The position numbers were made by a program, and so were the translations under genes. Under the pieces are notes generated by a model that did no database searches, was not told where the DNA came from, and saw only the letters and a program-made list of their open reading frames with translations. Positions 57,733 to 64,000 of a stretch of DNA of 64,000 bases are shown here, piece after piece. Source of the DNA: Nanobdellota archaeon (GTDB lineage Archaea > Nanobdellota > Nanobdellia > Pacearchaeales > GW2011-AR1); NCBI GenBank assembly GCA_038045945.1, contig JBBSXC010000001.1, positions 1-64,000 on the forward strand, given 5' to 3'. Numbering within the stretch: the stretch's first letter is position 1; each line of letters opens with the position of its first letter.

Positions 57733-58280
57733 AATAATTCTACTCCTATACCAAATGCGTCTCCTCTTTCATATCTTAATACACTATATGTTCTATTTAA
57801 GTTGTCATCCTTTGATAATGGACGAGTTTTTGTCAGCATTCGTCCATAACATCCCTCGACTATTTTTCTTGTTATTTTATAATCTTTTATTTTTTCTTCA
57901 GATACGCATTCATCTAGTATGTTTCTTAATGAATGTTCAATAATAGGGTTTTGTGTTGTTGTTTTTATATTCCTTAGTTTACGTGATAGTCCTTCATCAA
58001 CTCTGCACCTCAAAAGGCTATAATAATGACCATTTTTGTGTTTTTCTTCTCTTACTACTGAGCCTGCTAAGTAAAAACTTCCTTCTGATAGGCTCATTGA
58101 TGAAAAGCCTACAGCCTTCCCACGTTCATAAGTAACAAATACTAATTCTGGTTCCTGTATATGCCTCTTTACTTCTTCTGGGCTCATTCCTGAACCAAAA
58201 GTAGCAATTGATAAGTCTACTAGTTCATTCATAACACCTTCTGGTATTGGATTTGTTGATTTTTCGAACTTGTTTATCAT
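57729..58280 (-). CDS. GNAT-fold N-acyltransferase
   Basis: AVGFSS, YLAGSVVREEKHKNGHY (motif A-like) and TTTQNP; ATGA overlap with the amidohydrolase gene. Confidence 0.7.
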   Translation of the reverse strand: MINKFEKSTNPIPEGVMNELVDLSIATFGSGMSPEEVKRHIQEPELVFVTYERGKAVGFSSMSLSEGSFYLAGSVVREEKHKNGHYYSLLRCRVDEGLSRKLRNIKTTTQNPIIEHSLRNILDECVSEEKIKDYKITRKIVEGCYGRMLTKTRPLSKDDNLNRTYSVLRYERGDAFGIGVELL

Positions 58281-58846
58281 AATGGTTCTCCTAAAATTAT
58301 TCTATTCTCTCTTGATGTTACAGGTAAAAATTTTATTTCGGCTTCGAACCCTTCGCTTTTAACTCTTCTTAATCTTGCTTCATCTATGAAGTGTCCAACT
58401 GATTGATAATTCTGAACGCTTTCACCACGCATTAAGTCAGCATATGCCAGAAGATTTCTTTGTGTATGACAACATGTTTGCACAACAAATGGACTTTTGT
58501 TTTTTACTGCTGCTGATATTAATTTGTCTGTTAATTCTCCACATAAGTGCAAACCTGTTAGGAATGCATCTGTTGGTATATCCGTATAATCTTCTATTCT
58601 GCCTACAAATCTAATAAATGGCTTCTTTATTAGTGCAGAATAATAATCAGCTTTTCTTATTAATGCTGGTTCAACCGTTCTTACTGACTTAACACTGTCA
58701 TGTCTTGATAGCATGTAAGCTAATTGATGATCACCTGAGCCTACATCAACTATTTCATAACCGCCTGATATAGAATCAAAAAATTTTGTTGCTTCTTTAT
58801 AAAAAGCGAGAACCTTGTCATCAAGGTTAATCTTTCTCTTAGACAT
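58277..58846 (-). CDS. SAM-dependent methyltransferase (Methyltransf_32-like)
   Basis: IVDVGSG motif I, GLHLCGELTD, TCCH, IDEARL and TSRENRII; ATGA overlap with the GNAT gene. Confidence 0.8.
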   Translation of the reverse strand: MSKRKINLDDKVLAFYKEATKFFDSISGGYEIVDVGSGDHQLAYMLSRHDSVKSVRTVEPALIRKADYYSALIKKPFIRFVGRIEDYTDIPTDAFLTGLHLCGELTDKLISAAVKNKSPFVVQTCCHTQRNLLAYADLMRGESVQNYQSVGHFIDEARLRRVKSEGFEAEIKFLPVTSRENRIILGEPL

Positions 58847-60401
58847 CTCTAGCCACCATTCTACCGACATGGTACAAGTGTTTAATTAATCCATTAACTC
58901 TTTCATCTGTATGGTGATTCATTATTTGGACGTATAATCCTCCAAATCCTTCCGCTTTTTCGTTTAGCCCTACTTTTCTTTTTGATTCTTTGTATGCTGC
59001 TAAGTCTTCTAGTGTTCTTACTTTCATAGTATCACTGTGGGATATGTAGTATCTTTCTTCGTCTCCTGATTCATTAATCCTGTGATATACTCGATCATTA
59101 GCTTTATGTCCCCCTTCTTTCATCTCAAATGGTATTATTGGGCATGCTGAACCAGTTATTAATTTGAACGGGCTTTCTGGGCTTTCTAGTGCTTGTGATA
59201 ATTTTTTTGTTAGTCCTTGCATCCTTTCTGCTTCTTTCCTTAGACCGCTCATTCCTCTGCTTGTTAAATAAGCCCATAGCATTACCGCGTTATGGCCTGA
59301 TCTTGATATGAACATTCCGGGTAATTGTCCCATTTCTTCAACAAATTCATAACCTTGGCTTTTATCACTGTGTAAATATGGTGATTCTAGACTTGTCTCG
59401 TTCATTAGTTCTGTATCTCTGAACATTACAACTCCTCCCCCGTATACTGCCCCTGGTGTTTTGTGAGGGTCTAAAATTATTGCTTTTACTCCTTCTATCC
59501 CAAAGTCCCATTCTTGATGGATTGATTTTTCTCCAATAACAGATGAGAACAAAAATTGTTGTGCTGCATCCACAATTATTGGTGGAGTATTTTTTCCTCC
59601 GTATTTTTCTTTTAGTATTTCAAACATCTCACTTACTTTGTCAAGTCTTCCCTTACTAACGTCACCTACTGTTGGAATAACTGCTAGTATATTATCTCCT
59701 TGCTTGTGAATTTCATCAATTCTTTCTCTAAAACTTTTAAGGTCTGTTTGATATTTATTATCTAATCCATAGTGTACGACTGAGTCAATACCTAAGCCTA
59801 AAACATCTGCTGCTCTCTCAACACATAGATGTGCGTCAACGGGTACAAGAATTTTTGGTTTGTCTCCTAAGAAACTTTGTAAGCCTGAAGCTCTAATTTT
59901 TGGTTTATCATGTTTGTTATTGTTTGCGAATGAAAAACCTTCTTTTTCTCTGAAATATTTGTTTCTAAAGGAATAAAGTGCTTGAGTCATTGATTCGCTG
60001 CCTCCCGAGGTAAACCAGGCGTTGCATCTTCTAATGTTTGGGTGGTGCATTAATTCGCCAAGCATGCTCATTGTTTCCCTTTCTAACTCAAACATTCCTA
60101 CAAACATTGCAGGATCAACCAGGTTAGGGTGTATTCTTCCAACTACACTAGCTGCTAGACTATAAGAGAATTGGTCTGGTAAAGTTCCAGGTTTAGCGTC
60201 CATTATTCCTTTATCATAACGAACGGCGCATCTTTCAACTGCTTTTTCCACTTCTTCGACTAATAATTCTTTATCAATGCCTTTTTCTGGTATTTTAAAG
60301 CATCTTTTTCTTTGTGGAATTATATCAACTAACTTTTTTTTGTTTTGTTGTTTTTCTGAAGAATGATAGCGCTGTATTGGATCAAAAAAATCTGCTGTCA
60401 T
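58839..60401 (-). CDS. Group II PLP-dependent amino acid decarboxylase (MfnA/tyrosine-tryptophan decarboxylase-like)
   Basis: NLVDPAMF..LERE, FTSGGSES, AHLCVERAADVLG, VDAA and LDPHK (PLP lysine). Confidence 0.88.
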   Translation of the reverse strand: MTADFFDPIQRYHSSEKQQNKKKLVDIIPQRKRCFKIPEKGIDKELLVEEVEKAVERCAVRYDKGIMDAKPGTLPDQFSYSLAASVVGRIHPNLVDPAMFVGMFELERETMSMLGELMHHPNIRRCNAWFTSGGSESMTQALYSFRNKYFREKEGFSFANNNKHDKPKIRASGLQSFLGDKPKILVPVDAHLCVERAADVLGLGIDSVVHYGLDNKYQTDLKSFRERIDEIHKQGDNILAVIPTVGDVSKGRLDKVSEMFEILKEKYGGKNTPPIIVDAAQQFLFSSVIGEKSIHQEWDFGIEGVKAIILDPHKTPGAVYGGGVVMFRDTELMNETSLESPYLHSDKSQGYEFVEEMGQLPGMFISRSGHNAVMLWAYLTSRGMSGLRKEAERMQGLTKKLSQALESPESPFKLITGSACPIIPFEMKEGGHKANDRVYHRINESGDEERYYISHSDTMKVRTLEDLAAYKESKRKVGLNEKAEGFGGLYVQIMNHHTDERVNGLIKHLYHVGRMVARDV

Positions 60402-60403
60402 TT

Positions 60404-61438
60404 CTAATAGTATTTTAGAAGCATTACTTTTCTTACTTCTTCCATAGTTTTGCTTGCTTCCTCCCTTGCTTTTTCTCCTCCTTCTCTTAGTACTGTCTCT
60501 ATTGTTTTGTCTGATATGCTGTCAAACCTGTTTCTGTATTCTTTGTATGTTGTTGACATTAATGGTGGTAGTTTTTGTTTGCATTCTCCACATCCTAGTA
60601 TTGCTTGCCTACAACCGTAGTATACTTCAGCGAATTTTTCTTGGTTGTATATTCTGTGAAGGTCGTAAACGCTGCATTCGTCTGGGTTTCCTGCGACTTG
60701 CATACTTGTTCTTTTTGGGTCTATTCTCATCTTTGCAACTTTTTCTGATAATGTTTTTCCTGTGTCTTGTGGGCTTATCGTGTTTGCGTAACTCTTTGAC
60801 ATTTTTCTTCCGTCTGTTCCTAGTATTCTTGGCGCGTTACTTGTCAGTATTTCTGGTACTGGGAATATTGGTCCGTATGTTGCGTTGAATCTTTTTGCTA
60901 ATTCTTGGCATAGTTCTATGTGTGGTTTTTGGTCGTCTCCTACAGGTACATATTTTGCTTTGTGTACTAGTATGTCTGCTGCTTGTAATAATGGGTATCC
61001 TAAAAACCCGTAACTTACTTGGTCTGCTTCTAATTTTTTTCTGTTATGTCCTTCTTCTTTCATTATTTGTACGTATTCTGTGAATGTTGGCATTCTCTGA
61101 AGTCTTGCTACTGTGTTTAGCATTGATAACGCTACGTGTAACTCTGCGTGTTGTGGTACGTCTGATTGTACAAATATTGTTGATTTTTTTGGGTCTATTC
61201 CGAAAGCTAACCAGTCACGAACCATGTCATAAGTGTTTTTTCTTATTTCTTTTGATTCTGTGTTTGTTGTTAGTGCGTGCCAGTCTGCTACGAAGAATTT
61301 GCATGCGTATTCTTCTTGTAATTGTAACCATTTTCTTAATACTCCTTCTATGTGCCCTATGTGTAGTCTTCCTGTTGGTCTCATCCCGGATAATACTGTA
61401 GGTTTTAATTCATCATTAGTTTTTTCTTCTAAACTCAT
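60404..61438 (-). CDS. trpS: Tryptophan-tRNA ligase, bacterial type
   Basis: LSGMRPTGRLHIGH, VADWHALT, QSDVPQHAEL, YPLLQAADIL, VPVGDDQ and KMSKS. Confidence 0.95.
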   Translation of the reverse strand: MSLEEKTNDELKPTVLSGMRPTGRLHIGHIEGVLRKWLQLQEEYACKFFVADWHALTTNTESKEIRKNTYDMVRDWLAFGIDPKKSTIFVQSDVPQHAELHVALSMLNTVARLQRMPTFTEYVQIMKEEGHNRKKLEADQVSYGFLGYPLLQAADILVHKAKYVPVGDDQKPHIELCQELAKRFNATYGPIFPVPEILTSNAPRILGTDGRKMSKSYANTISPQDTGKTLSEKVAKMRIDPKRTSMQVAGNPDECSVYDLHRIYNQEKFAEVYYGCRQAILGCGECKQKLPPLMSTTYKEYRNRFDSISDKTIETVLREGGEKAREEASKTMEEVRKVMLLKYY

Positions 61439-61603
61439 AATTATTCATTATTAAAAAGAAACGAAATAGCTTTGGTTGAAGCTTATTCTTTTTTTAGTGT
61501 TATTATTATAAACTAATAGTTGATTTTTTCCTTTATTACTTTAGTATTATGTAGTTTTTCTTGCACAAAACCTTTTTATAGCTCATTATTCCTTGTTTAT
61601 TTA

Positions 61604-61690
61604 ATGGAAAGAAGTTTTGGTTCATTAGTCATGGTTTGTAGTATTATGCCTAGATGGACTTATACACCTTCTTCTCATATTTTTGGTTAA
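61604..61690 (+). CDS. Putative leader peptide 2 (28 aa)
   Basis: MERSFGSLVMVCSIMPRWTYTPSSHIFG; the ATG lies about 23 nt after the TATA in aaaacctttttata. Confidence 0.45.
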   Translation: MERSFGSLVMVCSIMPRWTYTPSSHIFG

Positions 61691-61746
61691 GAGGCTAATT
61701 TTTTAGCACTTCTTAAAAAAATAAACTTTTTTACCTCTAAACCAAA

Positions 61747-62109
61747 ATGACTAATAAAAATAAATCTAATGCTTTTGAATTTGACTTAGTACTGTCAAGT
61801 GTTTTGTCTTTTGTTAAGTGTAAGATTCCTCAGAAACATATTGATGCTCTTAGAATAATTCATCAGGTTGATAGTGAGCTTAATGCTACTTCTCTTATTA
61901 CTCTTATTTCTGGTAGTTTGTACTGTTCTACTTCTACTTCTTGGAACATTTTAAGGTCTCTTAATAAGCACGGATTTATTGTTTGTGGTACTAAGGATGA
62001 TAAGGGTAAACTTGTTCGTCTTACAAATTTCGGTATAGTAGTAATAGGAGGTGTTTTTGATGACAAAAAAGTCTTGTCCAAGAATCATAGAAGAATATTT
62101 GCTTCATGA
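61747..62109 (+). CDS. Small winged-helix (MarR-like) protein
   Basis: IPQKHIDALRII...STSTSWNILRSLNKHGFI...LVRLTNFG. Confidence 0.7.
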   Translation: MTNKNKSNAFEFDLVLSSVLSFVKCKIPQKHIDALRIIHQVDSELNATSLITLISGSLYCSTSTSWNILRSLNKHGFIVCGTKDDKGKLVRLTNFGIVVIGGVFDDKKVLSKNHRRIFAS

Positions 62110-62272
62110 CCCTTTACTTATTGATGACGGCTTGAAGGGTAGAGAAGTTAGTAAGGGTTTAGATGTTCTCCTTAGTGATGGTATGCAGAACTCTAATAAT
62201 TCTTATGATGATCTTAGGAGTATTATTGTTCCCGGCTATGATGGAGGTAATAGTTATGGTGGTATGATCTAG
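62060..62272 (+). CDS. Small hypothetical protein
   Basis: Strong SD aggaggtg before ATG 62060; overlaps the wHTH 3' end. Confidence 0.5.
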   Translation: MTKKSCPRIIEEYLLHDPLLIDDGLKGREVSKGLDVLLSDGMQNSNNSYDDLRSIIVPGYDGGNSYGGMI

Positions 62273-62347
62273 TGCTCTTTTAGGATATAATTAGAAATAA
62301 TAGTTTTTAGTATAGATTTACTTAAAAGAGAACAGAAACTCATTAGG

Positions 62348-63418
62348 ATGATGTTAGCTGGTACATTCTCAAATACTGATATAAGAAAAGCCATAAGTAG
62401 CGGGGAGATTATTTCTAGAGCTGAAATAAGTGATGTTCAAGTTCAGCCTTCTTCTCTTGATTTAACTATTGGTAGAAAAATTTGGTGTTTACCTTACTCT
62501 TCAATACCTCAGGGGAGAATAGAGGATTACTTGGATGGGAAGAAGTCTGATGTTGAAGATAAAGACGAGACTTATTTGCATAAGAGAGTTTTATACGTTG
62601 CTGAAATAAATGAGGAGTTAAGATTACCTGGCGATGTTGAAGGAAAATCTGAGCCTAAGAGTTCAACTGGTAGGATTGATGTTCATGTAAGGCTTCTTAC
62701 GCAGGGCGGACAAGCTTATGATCAGGTGAGACCTGGTTATAATGGAAAATTGTTTTTAGAAATTTTTTCTAAAACTTTTGATTTAAAAATAAAGTCTGGC
62801 ACTTCTCTTAACCAGTTAAGATTATCTGATAATGGTTGCGAATTTTTGAGTAAGTCTAGGCTTGAGGAGTTATGCACTGATCAGAGAGTTATTTTTACCG
62901 GCGATGGTAAGGCTATTAGCCCTGATGAATTTTTGGAGGATGATTCTATATCTATGACTCTTGATCTTAGTGGTGATAATCCTGGCTATATTGGTAGGGA
63001 TGATGCTCCCCCTCTTGATCTTTCTCGCTTCGATCATGGTTTACTTAAATATTTTGATGTTCCTAAAGTTTTTGATGAGGGTCTTGTTACTAGGCCTGGT
63101 GCTTTTTATTTGCTTAGGTCTAGGGAGAGGGTTAGGATTCCTCGCAGGTATGGTGGTGAAATGGTTAGTATGGAAACAAATCTTGGTGAGTTTAGGGCTC
63201 ATTATGCTGGTTTTTTTGATCCTGGCTTTAATGCTCGTGCGGTTTTAGAGGTTAGGAATATTGGTGGTTCTCCTTTCTTGTTAAGGCATGGTCAAAGGAT
63301 TGCTAACCTCAAACTTTTAAGGTTGAAGACTAAGCCTTCAATAATTTATGGTAGGGGCATTGGTAGTAATTATCAGGGTCAGCAATTAAACCCCGGTAAA
63401 TATTTTAAAGCAATTTAG
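62348..63418 (+). CDS. dcd: Two-domain dCTP deaminase (DCD family)
   Basis: QVQPSSLDL, PKSSTGRIDV, HYAGFFDPGF, VLEVR and SNYQGQ. Confidence 0.88.
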   Translation: MMLAGTFSNTDIRKAISSGEIISRAEISDVQVQPSSLDLTIGRKIWCLPYSSIPQGRIEDYLDGKKSDVEDKDETYLHKRVLYVAEINEELRLPGDVEGKSEPKSSTGRIDVHVRLLTQGGQAYDQVRPGYNGKLFLEIFSKTFDLKIKSGTSLNQLRLSDNGCEFLSKSRLEELCTDQRVIFTGDGKAISPDEFLEDDSISMTLDLSGDNPGYIGRDDAPPLDLSRFDHGLLKYFDVPKVFDEGLVTRPGAFYLLRSRERVRIPRRYGGEMVSMETNLGEFRAHYAGFFDPGFNARAVLEVRNIGGSPFLLRHGQRIANLKLLRLKTKPSIIYGRGIGSNYQGQQLNPGKYFKAI

Positions 63419-63463
63419 ATATTTGGAGTGTAGGTTTATTAATTTGTAAATCTCTGTTATAAT

Positions 63464-63733
63464 ATGTCAAAAAAAGAAATCTCTACTGGTGTAGTTCATG
63501 GTGTGCCTGATGATTTGCGTAAGACTCTTGCTTCTTCTTCGCATGCTCTAAAATCTTGGGAGAGTCTTACTCCTCTTGCTCGTAATGAGTGGATTTGTTG
63601 GGTTGAGTCTGTTAAAAAGGTTGAGACTAGGAATGATCATCTTAGAAGGCTTCTTCAGGATCTTATTAATGGTAAGCGTCGTCCTTGTTGTTGGGCTGGT
63701 TGTATTCATCGATTTAAAAATAAGAGAAATTAG
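63464..63733 (+). CDS. YdeI/OmpD-associated family protein
   Basis: VPDDL, WESLTPLARNEWICWV and GKRRPCCWAGC. Confidence 0.8.
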   Translation: MSKKEISTGVVHGVPDDLRKTLASSSHALKSWESLTPLARNEWICWVESVKKVETRNDHLRRLLQDLINGKRRPCCWAGCIHRFKNKRN

Positions 63734-63796
63734 CCATATTTACAAAACGCCCCCACCGCCGAAGGAGTCATCAATGCATCAAGCAGGGATATAAAA

Positions 63797-63979
63797 TTAA
63801 GTTTTCTTCTTATCAGAAATTTTTCTTATCCATTGTACATCAATTAATATTATTAAAAATGCTATGCCTATCTTTAACCACCATACTCCCTTAAAACCTT
63901 CCAGTAAATCTTGTATCCCTAGGGCTCCTAAACCGCCAGCAGCCATTATTAAGAACTCATCAAAAAGTGTCTGATCCAT
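63797..63979 (-). CDS. Small membrane protein
   Basis: 60 aa with two hydrophobic segments. Confidence 0.5.
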   Translation of the reverse strand: MDQTLFDEFLIMAAGGLGALGIQDLLEGFKGVWWLKIGIAFLIILIDVQWIRKISDKKKT

Positions 63980-64000
63980 TTTACTATAAACTACAATCTC

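Noticed and set aside
58839-60401. Housekeeping mfnA for methanofuran or CoA biosynthesis
   Set aside because: The protein is longer and divergent, with no mfn or pan genes nearby, so the family is called but the gene symbol is withheld.
57028-61438. Calling the operon a melatonin or psilocybin pathway outright
   Set aside because: There is no hydroxylase or kinase gene, and substrates cannot be read from sequence; only the general enzyme logic is shared.
4764-61454. Numerous long Phe/Leu/Ser-rich ORFs antisense to real genes (e.g. 6606-7319, 27074-28015, 46777-47373)
   Set aside because: They are a by-product of the strand-skewed codon usage, lie opposite well-supported genes and have no motifs.
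63745-63790. Short GC-rich intergenic patch (cgcccccaccgccgaaggag...) as a tRNA fragment or att site
   Set aside because: No cloverleaf, no convincing stem and no second copy in the window.
1-64000. CRISPR array, rRNA genes, transposases or integrases
   Set aside because: I saw no regularly spaced repeats, no rRNA-like GC-rich tract and no DDE, tyrosine or serine recombinase motifs.

Overview
This is an AT-rich chromosomal segment of a DPANN archaeon, most like Pacearchaeota/Woesearchaeota. That call is inferred from the archaeal-type informational genes, mostly leaderless genes with a TATA box about 23-25 nt before the ATG, and many small orphan genes. The backbone carries rps6e, aIF5B, an interrupted rps12-rps7-EF2...EF1A cluster, dnaG, SMC, RNase HII, RFC, pheS/pheT, rpl41e, trxB, initiator tRNA-Met and tRNA-Ser(GCT). 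The best candidate for an undescribed system is at about 54.4-62.3 kb: a tightly coupled operon of a bacterial-type, probably Fe-S-binding TrpRS, a group II PLP decarboxylase, a SAM methyltransferase, a GNAT and an amidohydrolase. It lies next to two TrmB-like/wHTH regulators and is bracketed by two copies of a 'promoter, 26-28 aa leader ORF, small wHTH gene' module. This suggests a tryptophan/tryptamine-derived small-molecule pathway with a dedicated or self-resistance TrpRS. Other notable items are a condensin-type SMC whose hinge appears replaced by a Rad50-like CxxC zinc hook, an intact-looking GGDEF cyclase in an archaeon, an orphan Pycsar-type effector, a LAGLIDADG gene abutting an atypical tRNA-iMet (C33), a truncated or split Dph2, two candidate structured RNAs, a Cys/Gly/Pro-rich repeat surface protein missed by the ORF track, and a shared 'LSP' motif in clustered secreted proteins. 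All assignments come from reading motifs by eye; no searches were run.
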